DNA of 64,000 nt from Octopus sinensis (GCF_006345805.1 NC_042998.1:86552001-86616000), one strand, 5' to 3'. Shown: positions 37,501 through 50,779, counted from the first letter of the stretch. Numbers and translations are program-made. Notes: generated from the letters alone by a model not told the origin.

Positions 37501-38187
37501 ATTTGATGTGCTGCAGCATGCGATACTGGTGTGTTTACGTCCTCATAACTTAGTGGTTCGGCAAAAGGGACGGATAGAATAAGTACTAGTCTTACAAAGA
37601 ATATGCATGGGGTTGATTTGCTCGACTATGAAGGTGGCGCTCCAGCATGGCCGCAGTCAAGTGGACTGAAACAAGTAAAAGAGTAAAGTAAGATAAAGGT
37701 ACCATTGGAAATAGTTTTATAAAATATTTGTAAAAAATATTAGAGACACAGAAATGTGTAGAATAATAACAGTTTTCAAGGGGTATACCTTATACTTAGG
37801 GGAGGTGCAAGACCTAGTAATCCATTGCAAATTTACATATTATAAGTATAAGGGAACAAAATCATCTTAGTACCAAAGGAGAATTTTTGTAATGTGAATA
37901 AAGGAATGCGGATTAAATTGGCAGGGGTTATTAGAGAAAGATTATTACGTATATTTCTAGACAATAGAGGGTATGTTATGAATAATATGACAACCCAGAT
38001 AATTTCTGCCACCAAATCATAGTGTGAAATGTATACTATTATCTATTCATATATTTGAAGGTATGGGAAATCCTATGTACACAAGATATTCCAAGGTCTT
38101 GTATTGTATTGGCATCCTTTCTGTCTCGGGAGACAATGGAGTTGCGCAATTTTTTTTTTTTTCTAGGTCTAGTCTGGCTGTTATATT

Positions 38188-41100
38188 TTATTTCCTGTTA
38201 CATTTCTTGCTGTGGCTGTGTAGTCCTATCCTGGACAAACACTCCCTCTGGCAGGTACTGCAAATGTAGCGAAGACTGTTCCTGGCTGGTTGTAGTGCCA
38301 TGGTCTCTTGTTTATGTCTCTTCCTTTCTTTCCATTTCTCCTCTTTCTTTCTGTCACTCCTCTGTATACCCTCTTTTACTGTACGTCGCCATTCTCCACG
38401 GTTGCCGGCGACTGCCTCCCAACCGCTAATGTTGATGTTGCAGGCCTTCATATCCCTTTTGCAAACATCCTTGTAACGTAGGATTGGTCTACCCACAGAC
38501 CTAGTACCCCTAGCAAGCTCTCCGTAGAGTATGTCCTTGGGGATTCTGCCATCTTTCATACGGCTAACATGCCCAAGCCATCTCATACGTCTTTGTGTGA
38601 GGAGTGCAAACATGCTTGGTATTCCTGCTTGCCTGAGGACATCTTTGTTGGGGATATGATTCTGCCATTTGATGTGGAGGATTTTTCGGAGGCAGCGCAG
38701 GTGAAAGATGTTTAGGCGACGCTCTTGGCGTGTGTATAGCGTCCAGCTCTCGCTTCCATACAGTAGAGTGCTGAGTACACATGCCTGGTAGATCTTCATT
38801 TTTGTGGTCTTGGTCAGCTTATTGTTGTCCCAAGCCCGTTTGGAGAGTTGGGCCATCGCAGCAGCTGCCTTGCCAATGCGTATATTGAGCTCAGCATCAA
38901 GGGATAGGTTGTAGGTGACGGTAGAGCCCAGATAGGTAAACTTCTCCACCTCTTGTAATCTGTGGTCTCCAATATGTATGTTTGGGATGTCTGATGTAGC
39001 CTGGCCCATGATGTTGGTCTTCTTAAGGCTGATAGCTAAGCCAAAGTCATTACATGCTTGCTCAAAACAGTTAATGAGCCTTTGGAGGGCTTCTTCTGTG
39101 TGTGTTACCAGAGAGCGGCATCATCAGCAAATAACATCTCCTTGATCAGGACGTTTCTGATTTTGGTCTTGGCACGCAGGCGCGAGAGATTGAACAGTTT
39201 CCCGTCACTTCTACTGTGCAGAAACACTCCATCATCTGATGTCTGAAAGGCATGTGACAGTAAGAGTGAGAAGAAGATGCCAAACAATGTAGGAGCGAGG
39301 ACACAGCCTTGCTTTACCCCATTTTTTATTTGGAAGGCGGCTGATGTTGAACCGTTGTGCTGTATGGTGCCTTGCATGTCATCATGGAAAGACTTGATGA
39401 TCCTCAGCAGCTTTGGTGGACATCCGATTTTTTGGAGCAGGAGGAAGAGGCCTGTTCTGCTTACCGAGTCAAAAGCCTTTGTTAGATCAATGAAGGCCAT
39501 ATATAATGGCATTTTCTGCTCTCTGGACTTCTCCTGAAGTTGGCGTATGGAGAATATCATATCGATAGTTGATCTGCTTCTTCTAAAGCCACACTGCGAT
39601 TCCGGATAGATTCGAGAAGCAAGTAGTTGTAGCCTGGCCAGGATAACGCGGGCAAAGGTCTTTCCAATAGTGCTTAGAAGGGATATACCACGGTAATTGT
39701 TACAATCACCACGGTCACCTTTGTTTTTGTAGAGCGTAATGATGTTGGCATCCCGCATATCCTGAGGGACTGTACCCTCTTCCCAGCACTGACACAGAAG
39801 CTCATGAAGGTGCCGAAGCAGGATGGTGTTTTTGCCGGCTTTGATGATCTCTGAGGGGATGCCGTCTTTTCCCGGAGCCTTATTTCTTGCTAGGGAGTCA
39901 ACAGCCTTGGTGAGCTCTGCTATAGATGGCGGACTGTCAAGTTCGCACATGACTGGCAAGATCTTGACACACTCGACTGCAGCCTCAGCCACTGTGGTCT
40001 CCCGTGAGTAGAGATCCTGGTAGTGCTCCACCCATCTATCCATTTGCTTGCCTTGATCTCTGATCAGATCTCCAGTAGTTGATTTCAGAGGGGCTGACTT
40101 GGTTGCGGATGGACCGAGGGCCTTCTTCAAACCGGCATACATCCCACGGGTGTCGCCCCTGTCAGCAGCTGACTGGATACTCTGACAGATTTCCTGCCAA
40201 TACCTATTTGCACAGTGTCTGGCTGTCAGTTGGGTTTTATTTCGTGCCTTTCTGAGTTCTTCGAGTGACTTTGTAGAAGAGTCACTCTTGTATTGCACCA
40301 GAGCTGCACGCTTTGCTTCGATAACTGGCTCCAGCTCTGAGAGCCCAGCATTGAACCAATCTGGGTTTTGCCTTTCTCTCATGCCGAAAGTATCCAATGA
40401 TGTCGTATACAAGGCTTCCCTGATATAGTCCCACCTACTTTCAGCAGAGGAGGTTGGGCAGCTACTGAGGGCAACCTTGATAGAAGCAGCAAAACATTTT
40501 CGCAGTGTAGGGTCCGAGGTTCTGGCGGTGTTGATGCTTGGTCGGCCCACTTTCTTGGAGCGATGGACTTTTTTAGGGAGAATCCTCACCCTGCTTCTAA
40601 TTAGTGAGTGGTCTGTGTCACAATCCGCACTGTGGTAACTGCGGGTCAATAGAGTAGAATTCAGAAAGGATCTCCGTGTAATGATGAGATCCAGCTGATG
40701 CCAGTGGTGAGATCTTGAATGTCTCCAGGATGCCTTGTGGGATGGCTTGTTGGTAAAGAATGTGTTTGTGATGCACAGGTTGTGATATGTGCAGAATTCG
40801 AGTAGTCTCTGACCATTGTCATTCATGTTGCCAATACCAAAGTGTCCAACACAAATGGGCCACGAATCATGGTCAGATCCCACGTGAGCGTTAAAATCCC
40901 CTAGAAGGTAGATATTTTCAGTCGTTGGTATATTTTCTAGGACACAGTTGAGATCTTTGTAGAACTGGTCCTTGGTCTCCTCTGAGCTGTAGAGAGTGGG
41001 AGCATAGATGCTGAGTAGATGTACTGAGCCAGAAGAAGTCGAGAGGCGCAGTGAGAGGATATGCTCAGTGCCTCCCGATGGTGGTTCTGTTGAGGAGAGT

Positions 41101-41477
41101 AGTGAGTTTCTCACTGCAAAGCCAATGCCATGTTGACGAGGTTCTTCTGGATCTCTTCCCTGCCAAAAGAAGGTGAAGTCCTGCTCTTTGAGTCTGCCGT
41201 TTGAGGGAAGTCTTGTCTCCTGCAGCCCAGCAATATCTATGTTGAGCCTCTTTAGTTCACGGTCAATGATGGCCGTTTTCCTTGTGTCTTCAATACTGAG
41301 AAGATCGTCAGATATTCCAGGACACATGGTCCTGACATTCCAGCTTGCCAACTGCAGAGCTGGTGTTTTCTTGAATTTTAGTTGCTTGCCTGGTGCAGAG
41401 GTTGCAGGCCGCTTTTCAAGTTGTACTCTTAGCTCCAAGCACCCAATGGAACAGGCGGCTTGTGGCGGGTCAGCACC
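38188..41477 (-). CDS. RTE ORF2: apurinic endonuclease plus reverse transcriptase, one frameshift at about 39108-39115
   Basis: SWNVRT, GLQETR, GDFNA, WHQLD, TDH (APE); KAPGKDG, YRGISLL, QCGFR, FIDLTKAFD, GVKQGCVLAP, FADD (RT). After removing an extra CT, AALVTHTEE joins the 273-aa C-terminal ORF. Confidence 0.95.
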
Positions 41478-41859
41478 TTATTAACTGGGGGCTGCCCAGC
41501 TTGAGGTGGGCAGTAGCTAACCAATAGGACATGGAAGTCCCTCCCACCGGCAGAGGTAACCCGTAGCGTCCATATTTTACGCCAATCTGAATGGACTTAT
41601 CACTCGTAACTTACTTCCCGTGTTGTTTCTGCAGCTTTTTACAGCAGCACTGAAGTGTCCTCTCCAGTTTTGCACAGGCCTGGGCTATAGATAAGAAAGT
41701 CCTGGGTAGCCCAATCGTCAGGTTTCCTCTCTCGACCTTGCTGATGTAGTCCAGTGGAGTGCAGTGCATTACGTTTGGTACCAGCTTGGTTGCAGGAGCT
41801 GCCGGAAGAGTGTTGAATCGAACACTAGACCGCCTTCGGGGCTCCACTCTGGATTTCAT
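41470..41859 (-). CDS. RTE short ORF1-like frame (129 codons) with one internal TAA at 41611-41613
   Basis: ATG at 41859. The 82-aa ORF continues in the same frame past TAA (VTSDKSIQIG..WLATAHLKLGSPQLIRC) to a TGA at 41470-41472. Confidence 0.5.
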
Positions 41860-42742
41860 TGAAGGTTGTCTCCTTTCCGCAACCCTGGATAGGGGCCCAT
41901 ACCGGGTACTGTCAGCCAGAGCCAGCTGAGCCCGGAACTCATGTCAGGCAGGGTCGTCACTCCCTGAAGTAGTGAAGAAGTTCGCTACCCACTACCTTTT
42001 CAGTAATGTTAAATTATTATTAGGGTTTTATTTTTTTTTATTTTTTTTTGCCTATGTTAACTTTCAACCACTAATATTCACCATCATCAACAGCAAGGTC
42101 TAATTTACTATTAATTAGGTTTCACTTATCTCTATATTTAAAAATTTCGTAAATTTCCATACAACGTAGTTCACATCCATATCGACTATCTTTGTATGGC
42201 TGAGCTCTGCAGACTATCTCCTATTGCTATCCTTATGTTCCTAGATTTTCATAGAAAATGAGGTACCATTAGCTTTGTGTCTAAGTCTAAAAGATGAAAA
42301 ATGGTTATTTAGGTGCTTCTTCATATCTACAGACTACCCAATGTAAATGAAGTTATTAGTTTCTGTCATTATTGTACATTTGTATTTAACATTTTGAGCT
42401 AAACACCAACCTACTAACAGGCATTGGGATCCTATCCTATAATAGATACTGAACTTACTTGGTGCTTCAATTTAAACACTTAATTCAACTGAATCTTGTG
42501 ACTCCTGTCACAACCTGGAACATTGAAGACTGCTTTAATTGAAGAAAGTATACTAGCCCCTTAATATTTTATATTCAATATTTCATCTATTCAATAAGAC
42601 AATCAATACGTCATTTCATTTTACTATATATATTATTCATACTATATATTCTATATTCTACATTAATATTATAAAGAATATAAATAAAGCATAAAAAACA
42701 GAGTCGGAATTTCTTTGAATAATATATATATATATATATATA

Positions 42743-45480
42743 CTAGCAAATGCACCTGTCCTTTGGACAGTGTGATTTATTATAATGGTGCACTCCTGTG
42801 GATGGTTTAAGTTAAATTAGCCCGCAATTAGGAGTTGTTTCAAGTTGATAAATGTAAAATGTATAATTACCATTTTTGTTAGCAGTTTATGATATGGTAT
42901 TAAGCAACTTAGGTAATGAATAAATTTTTTTAGAATAATGGCATGTACAAATGTCAGAGCATGCTTATGAGTGAACAGTGTGTGTGAAGTAAGAAGGGTC
43001 ATTGAAGGTAATGTACTGTTAACAGTAATCAGGGAAGTGAAGCAAAATATCAATGAAATGCTTGCAGGAAATCTGATTGATAACAGCTACAGTTTGGTGT
43101 TGATGTGAAGATTGCAGTAGTGGAATAACTACTGTAGGGCTGCTTTGTAGATGAGATTTTTCTTCTGGAGTATAGATGAATAAGTTGTCTGGATGGCCAA
43201 CTCTGGAACAGCCGACATAGAACTGTCCATATGAAAAGCATAACGTTTGAAGGTCCAATCTGTCAACTTTCAGCAACTGACCTTGTGCTTTATAAATTGT
43301 CATAGTGAAGCTGAGTTTGAGAGAGAAGTGAAGTCTCTGCATAGTGTAGGAGCAGTCTGTTGGGGGTTAGCAGAATTTCCGAATGTAAACGGTATTGTTT
43401 TTGCCATGTCCTGTGATAATTTGGGTTTCAATGATGTGGTCCATCATTTATTTGACTACAAGGCAAGTTCCATTGCATAGTATGGGTGCATTTAGATTGT
43501 GTAGGAGGATGACAGGGCAACCAACTTTTAAGTGAAGTTCATGGGGAGGAAGTCGGTAACGGTGTCAATTGATCTGTAATGACATTCTTAAGAAGGTAGC
43601 TGACTGAGTAAGTCATATTTAAGCATGTTGGCAGCTGCATTTGTAGGTGCAAGAACAGCCCAGTTCTGAAGCCAATGTGGATTTATGTATTCTGTTTTAA
43701 GATATGGGTAAACAATAGAACATAAATCATCAGGGCAGGAGACAGTGTGGCCAATGGTGGTAGTGTCAATGTATCTGTTGTTATTGGACGTAATTTGTCC
43801 ATTGCCAATTTTAGGAGCATTTCCGAAAACTGGGTTGTAGACTGTCCAGTTTGTAGAAATGATCTAATGTTGATGGTGAGTTGTTTTGATTCGACATCTG
43901 ATCAAAGGAGCGATTTTTTAAGGCAGACATTAAGTTCATCAGCAGGTCTTCCTTTGGGTATAATATGTAGAGTTTGTTGAAAATCTCCTACAAGAAGTAG
44001 AGTTGTACCTCTAAGGATGTTGTTGTTCGATCTAAAGTCTGTCATTGTGGTATCAAGAAATTGCAGAGAACATTTATGGGACATCGCTGCTTCATCTCAA
44101 ACAATGAGTTTGCACTTTTTCAAAATTGTCGCTTCATCTAAGGAATGCATTATGTGGCACGTTGGGTTGTTTTGATGTGCTACATGGAAAGGCAATTTGA
44201 AGGTAGAGTGTGCTGTCTGTCTGCTGTCAAAAAGAGTTGAGGCTATTCCTGAGGAGGCAACAGCAATAGCAAGGTCACCATTATGCCGCAACTTCACAAA
44301 AAGAAGGTTCAAGAGGTATGTTTTTCCAGTTCCATCAGGTGCGTCTAACAAGATGATACCACCAGTGTGTGTGTAGATGTTTCTAAGGACAAAATTGTAT
44401 ATGTCGGCTTGATTGGATTTCAGAGGGGGCTCGTTGTTAGCAATGTACTGTTTGAGTTTGTGGATGTTGTAGAATGTTTCTCTGAGAATATGGAGATTGG
44501 GACAGGCATCTTCATTTCTGTCTGGAGTGTTGAGAGAATAAGCGTCCAAATGTTGACCTCCAGTTGCTATAACCAAGTCTTCCAAGAGAAGAAGCCCTCT
44601 GTTGTAAATGGCAAGGGTAGTGGGAGTGTCAATGCCACATGTTATTTGGCAAGTCTGCAGCAAAATGTCATGGTACATTATGTCTTTGTATTTATTCCAA
44701 ATTGAATGTGTGTCTGTTAGGTTGCTAAAAAACCAGCATTATTGCAAAAAGGTGTAGGAGCTTGTGCAAAGAACGACATAGAGAGGCTTCTTTGATTGCA
44801 TTATCATATTGATCATCTGTATCCAACAGTCACCGTTTGGAGCAGGCATCATTAAAAGTGCTGCATAAGTGGCCATCCACTGTGCGAAGGTTGTCGAAAG
44901 AGGTTGGTCCCTTAATGACATGAAGTAAGAGCTACCTATATAAGCCACAGACGTCCAATTGTGTCACCTTTGTACACAGCTGGAACCAACTGCAAAGGCT
45001 GGCTTTGTTTTCATCATTGCCACTAGGAAGATGATTGATTCCATGTATAATAATGTGGAACTTCAGCATACAAAATAGACTTTGAGACGGGGTTGACTTT
45101 GCAAAGGTGAAAGAAGGCTGTGAGATTGGACTTTGGTGGTATGGCTGCTTCTTGAATGAAGTTGTCTTCTGTGAAGTAAATTCACTGCTTATTTTCCAAA
45201 TGAACTCTGAGATGAATCATAGGAGAGTATCATTCGTGAATTGGGAATCCTAAGGTTCTCCATATGGCTTCATTGTGGATATGTAGCATCCAGTTTCGAA
45301 AAGAGTCACTTCATCATTTGTAAAATCTGCTGATCATGTAGATTTTATTTGAAAAACAGCTTTGTCTGATCCTTTGGTGATGTACTTGCATACGTAACAT
45401 ATGGATTTGCCAGAAATTCAGAATTCTACGTTGATGTGTGCCTGAAATGTTTTGTTGTGGGGTACGACCCACCGATTGTC
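42743..45480 (-). mobile_element. Decayed autonomous Helitron (Rep C-terminus plus PIF1 helicase) with an intact 3' terminus
   Basis: VDNRWVVP..AHINVE..KYITKGSD (Rep); LDAPDGTGKT, AVASSGIA, DEAAM, GDFQQ, KAQGQ, YVGCSRVG (helicase); 3' CTGTCC-AAA-GGACAG hairpin, then CTAG|T at 42743. Confidence 0.92.
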
Positions 45481-45789
45481 AACTGAAAAAGTGGGGGGAA
45501 AACAAATGTAAAGGAGAAATCAATTTGTGAAAACTACTTCGTAAAGAGTTACCTTCCTTGTCCACAATAGTCACCTATAACAGAAATGGAGGTTTTTTCT
45601 GAGCCATTCTTTAGGAGCCCCATTACTCCATATTACTCCATAAGTGAAAAACCTAAAGAGTGCAGAACCATCTGTGGAACATAAGTGATGTATTTGCAGA
45701 GCATGAACGAAATTAGATGAAAAGTATTGATTTTATGTGGAATCAAGTAAATAGCCGGTCACACACACATCTTCCATGTTACATGTAAC

Positions 45790-46723
45790 TTTGAATGGAT
45801 AATATGTGGTCAAGCATTGTTTTGTTAGAACCCTAACCCTTTCTTGTTGGCAATCTCCAGCCTCAATTCTCTGATTTTTTGGTTCAAATTAGCCAGCTGA
45901 CAACAGTACACATCAGAATAAATGGTCTGGTTTTGTGGGAGAAGCTCATAATAAATAATGCTTTTATGATCCTACCAAACATAAGGCATAGCTTTTTTGG
46001 CATGGATATTCATCTTTCGTTGTTGTTTTGGAAGATCCTTACACAAACTCCAGGAACTTTTTCAAACAATGTTTTCATACACAATCCGTTTTTCATCCTC
46101 AGTCACAAGTTGTTTCACAAAGGCATGCTTTCATTCCGTTTCAAAAGCATATCACAAATGGAATATTGGTTCAAGCAATTCTTTTCTGACAGTTTGTGAG
46201 GGACCCATACATTCATCATCAGCAAGAAATCTATCCTAGCTTCACTGGGTGTTTATGAGCTGTACTTTTAGAACTTTCAACTCCTGTGCAAGTTCTCTAG
46301 TCATGATATTTGAGTTTACTTCAATTTTTGCTTTCAAAACATCTTCATCCAGTTATTAAGGTCATCTACTGCGACTGTCATTTTCCAAGCTAAACTTTCC
46401 AGCTTAAAATTTTCCAAATCATCTTTGAATAGTTGATTCACTTACAGCATCATCGCCATAAACTTCACAAATGTTTTTGCAAGTCTTTGCAGCATTTTCT
46501 TCTTTTTAAAGAAAGAAAAGCATTACGATGCGAATATGAAATTTTTAGTTATTCATTTCAAATGTCAATAAAGAGTAACCAAAATGAAAGATAAATCTAT
46601 TTTTAGTCAGAAACAAAGAAGAGGTGCACTACTACTTAAAGCAACGCCAAAGTTTTAACTGTGTTACGTTTCAGGTGTGTTCTATAAAGAGTTAAAAGAT
46701 TTAGAATTTCTGGACAACCAAAT
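45790..46723 (-). mobile_element. Degenerate mariner, 3'-truncated
   Basis: ICEVYGDDAVSEST, WVPHKL, LVTEDEKRI, IIYYELLP, QNNA*PH; 5' TIR-like TTTGGTTGTCCAGAAATTC. Confidence 0.85.
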
Positions 46724-46782
46724 GTATGTATGTGTGCATGTATGTATGTATGTGTGCATGTATGTATGTATGTATGTATGTA

Positions 46783-46868
46783 TGGATGGATGGATGGATG
46801 GATGGATGGATGGATGGATGGATGGATGGATGGATGGATGGATGGATGGATGGATGGATGGATGGATG
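46783..46868. repeat. (GGAT)n microsatellite; representative of dozens of (TA)n, (CA)n, (TATG)n, (TAA)n and (CAT)n tracts in the window
   Basis: Read directly from the sequence. Confidence 0.97.
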
Positions 46869-46999
46869 GGAGGGAGGGAACTTTAGGTTAGTTAAAATAT
46901 GTTTGTGACTTATTTCAACTTCTAAAGGAAAATTCATGGCACTTAACATGGAGAAAAACTTCTCTCTTATGGTGGAAAAAATGTGTAAAAACACTATAT

Positions 47000-48390
47000 C
47001 TGACCAGCGCTGCCTCCTGTTGGATTCCCAGAAATATTTCTAGCTCTTTAGCCAGCAGCATTTGGGCCTCATTGATACCTTTAGTCATTTAGGCCTCAAA
47101 ATCACTATTACTACTAATCTGTCTAAAGTTGATTTTTTTTAAAAAGATGTTTCCCTAGATTTAAATCCCCGCTCTTATAACTTGTATCATATGCCAAATG
47201 AGAAACTCTCATAAATACATAAACTGTCTTGTCACTTTTCTATAGTCTTTAAAATCTGATAGCGAATATTGGTAATAGGATATCAAATCTATCTTCTAAA
47301 TAAATATCTGTTAAGGCAGTCCCCTACTATAATAATGCCCTAGCTAACAGCGGTTATAAAAATAAGATATATTACAACTCCTTAGGCAAAAATATGAATT
47401 GTAAAAATAGACCTAGGAAAATAATTTAGTTTGCCCCTCCTCTCTCCCTTAATGACTATCATTAAGGGATAAACTGTCCCTTTTAGATAAACATTTTCCA
47501 ATAAATCATAAATATAGGCAAATTTTTAACAAATGCTCAATAAAAATGTCATACAGCTGCTGCCCCAATATTAAGAATATTACAACTTGCAAAAATTACC
47601 AAGAGATCCATCCCAGTTGTAACTGTCAAGATCCTGAAGCTTGCCTACTTGATCGGGTGTGTATGATAAACTCTGTCATATACGAGACAAAAGTTACAGC
47701 TAAGCTCCAAGACAAATCAATTGAAAAGAATTACATCAGGTTATGTGAGGGAGAATTCAAGAGACATTGTGTAAACCATCTATGTTCTTTCCAGTACATT
47801 GATAAAAGTAATGCAGCTAAGTTGGCTAACTATGTATGGAATTTGAAGAGCAGCTTCACACCACATACAATTAAGTGGAGAATAGTGCAGAATCCAAATC
47901 ATATGTTACTGGATCTAAGAAATGCAACTAATGTGTAGCAGAACGATCACATATTCTTCTTCGATCCAGAAATTCCAGTACACTGCTTAATTTGAGATCT
48001 GAAATTTTTAACAGGTGTAAACACACAGACAGGTTTCTTTTACCATGTGCTCTGGATTGAGTTGCTATCTCACAGACTTTGCCATATATTCTGGTTTTTT
48101 TTTATTGTAAACCAGTTGTAATTAATGAGCTTTCTGCAATCAGGGAGGATGAGGATCTTAGTTCAAGATTTCGTTTCTTTTTTCTTGTTCTATTTTTTGC
48201 ATTTACCTTCTTCATGGTTTTTCCTATTTTTTACTTATTTTCTTACTGTCCAGCATCCTTGTTCCTTGTTTTTTAAAAATGTATATATAACACATAAACT
48301 GAGTCTGAAAGGTTACTTTAAGATACATGATGTATTATATAAATATAGCTGTTCAAGTATCATAATAGCATGAAATTATTAGTAGCTCTT
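47000..48390 (+). mobile_element. Second Penelope-like element remnant (RT tail plus GIY-YIG endonuclease)
   Basis: LKITITTNLSKVDF.DVSLDL (RT C-terminus); CNCQDPEACLL..VIYETKV..YIRLCEGEFK..NH..SF..IKWRI and a frameshifted LLNLRSEIFNRCKH..FLL. Confidence 0.85.
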
Positions 48391-48424
48391 TTGGTTGTGC
48401 ATTTAATTATATATATACATATAT

Positions 48425-49010
48425 CATCATCATCATCATCCTCATCATCATCATTTAACGTCCTTTTTCCATACTGGCATGGGTTGGGTGGTTTGATTGA
48501 GGGCTGGCAAGCCAGTAGGCTGTACCAGACTCCAATCTGATCTGGCAAAGTTTCTACAGCTGGATGCCCTTCCTAACACCAATCAGTCTGAGAGTGTAGT
48601 GAATGCTTTTTATGTGCCATCAGGACAGGACCCTGTCAGGTGGGACTGGCATCAACCACGATTCCTATAGTGCTTTTTATGTGCTACTGGCACAAGAGCC
48701 TGTAAGGAGGCACTGACTTCAACCATGTTTGGAAGGTGCTTTCTTTGTGCCACTGGTATGGGAGCCAGTCAGGCAGCACTGGCATCGATCTCTGCTCAAA
48801 GGGTACTTATTATGTGCCACCAGCATGGGTACTAGTCAGGCAGCACTAGCATCAGGCATAACTATGATCTCACTTGACGCAACAGGTCTTCTCAAGCACA
48901 GAGTGTTGGTCAGCAATTCAAGGGTACTTTTAAATGGGCTGGTTATGTGACACAGGTATCAGCCACAGCTGTGATCTCACTTTATTTGCCAGGTCTTCTC
49001 AATTGCAACA
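48425..49010 (-). mobile_element. 3' UTR fragment of the RTE-like LINE; its tail end is also present at 1-300
   Basis: (GAT)n tail and the same 3' UTR as 26865-27400 and 2549-3030. Confidence 0.85.
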
Positions 49011-49207
49011 ATATGCATGTTTGTGTGTGTGTGTGTATGTGTGTGTGTGTGTGTGTGTTCCTCTTTGTTGAAGAGCACAGGCTTGAAATGTAAAAGACTT
49101 TCTTACCTTCCCGAATGTCAAACTAATACACTTGTATTGTAATTACTGCTTGTTGTTTATACACCTATCTTTGTCTTTTGTTTTTCTGTCAAATTCTAAC
49201 TATATAC

Positions 49208-49249
<42 letters not shown>

Positions 49250-50779
49250 ATGTATATATATGTATATATAAATCACAGTATGTGCATGCATAATGATTAA
49301 CACATACATTTCCACAGTTCTCAACGAAGTTTCACCAAACTTTACACACACATTACTTATGTCCTAAGGATGGCCATGCATTATAACATGGTGCCCAGCG
49401 CTCCAGCATAAATGGACGTAAATGGTAATAGTTTTTTGTATGTAGGATCTTCCATACTGTTTTTTATCTTTTCATAAAAGTGAAAGGATTTTGACTATTT
49501 ATTTCTACTGTCCACCAGCAGCCATACTTAAATTGACTAGGAACACTGAATGCATACATTCCACACTTCTCAACCGATTTTCACCAAACATTACACACAT
49601 GTTATTTATGTCCCAGATAGTCATGCACTGAACATTTTGCCCAGAGCTTCCGTGTATATGGACCTAAATGGACATAGTTTTTTGTATGTAGGATCTTCCA
49701 TACCTTTTTAATCTTTTTCTAAAAGTGAAAGAATTTTGTCTATTTATTTATTCCAACTGTTCACCTCCACGGTAATTAAACTGACTAGGACCACTATATG
49801 TGATGAATATCTAAAACTAAACAATCTTAATCTCCACATGTAAACTGTGTTAAACTTGAGCAAGCTTACCGCTACCTATTCTGAGTTACATGAAAGGTGA
49901 TGTTCCTTTCCCTCACTTCTATTTGTTGCTACCTTTGTTTACTTACCAATATGTTGTTTCAATTTAAGGATACTTATTTACCCATCCATTATGATATTTT
50001 GACAGTTGTCCATTGTTTCAAATACATTTTAGAATCGTTGTTCTGACCTTTTTTACACAATCACATATGATTCATTCCATAGAATCAGCCTTTAAATAAT
50101 AGGTCTGCTTCCACTAACGAAAGCTACACACATCTTTCAGAAAGCTCCATATCAATTTAACTTTATGCAGCACTCATTGTTAGTTTATGTGCAGGCTATG
50201 TGGGAAGACAGAGTAAAGGGGCTTTGTTAGCTTATCTCTCTGAAAAAATAGCTCCCTTTGCTGTTGATAAAAAAAAATTTGCAGAGGGGAAGTTTCAACG
50301 ACTTCCTTCAATTTCATTACTCTATTTATGTGGTTGTTTCTAACTAGAAATTTCGCTTTCATGTAAAACAACTATATTTTTTTATTATTATTCATAATCT
50401 ACTCCCAAAGCACTCTAATAGCTCTACTTTGCACCACTTGCAAACATATATGTTATATGATCATTAAAGTGCAATGGCCTCCACAAAAACCAGCCTTCAA
50501 TTTGATTTTCTGTTCTGAGGTTATCGGAAACATAGATTGCCATGCTACTCATAAAACATAATGGTAGTTCAATTATTTGGTGAAAAAATACCAGCTAAGT
50601 GACTTAAACCGTCCAAAGGATGGGTGTGTTTGCTAGTATATATATATGAATGTATGTATGTTATGTATGTATATATGTGTGTGCATATGTGTGTGTGTAT
50701 ATATATATGTATGTATGTATGTATGTATGCATGTAAATACATATGTATGTAAGTATATACATATGTATGTATATATACA

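Larger units (their letters stand above)
38099..41995 (-). mobile_element. Nearly intact, apparently full-length RTE-clade LINE, antisense in cadherin intron 4
   Basis: 5' UTR/ORF1 region, APE-RT ORF2, 3' UTR with TGTCTCCCGAGACA hairpin, GGATGCC and an (AATAC)n tail. The 5' boundary is approximate. Confidence 0.95.

Noticed and set aside
41820-42000. HDV-like ribozyme at the RTE 5' end (known from other RTE elements)
   Set aside because: I found partial pieces on minus (TGG-GCCCCTAT-CCA, GG, AAGG/CCTT stem, CAA) but no matching P1 or P2 partner and no consensus L3. An RNArobo or Infernal search would be decisive.
38090-42101. Target-site duplication for the RTE (CAAGGTCT near both ends)
   Set aside because: Only 8 bp and about 100 bp beyond the apparent 5' end; could be chance.
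48346-48390. Decayed hammerhead in the second PLE (TGAAATTATTAGTAGC resembles GAAAC-palindrome-GTA)
   Set aside because: The CUGANGA core is not recognisable and helix I is only 3 bp; it cannot be supported without the family consensus.
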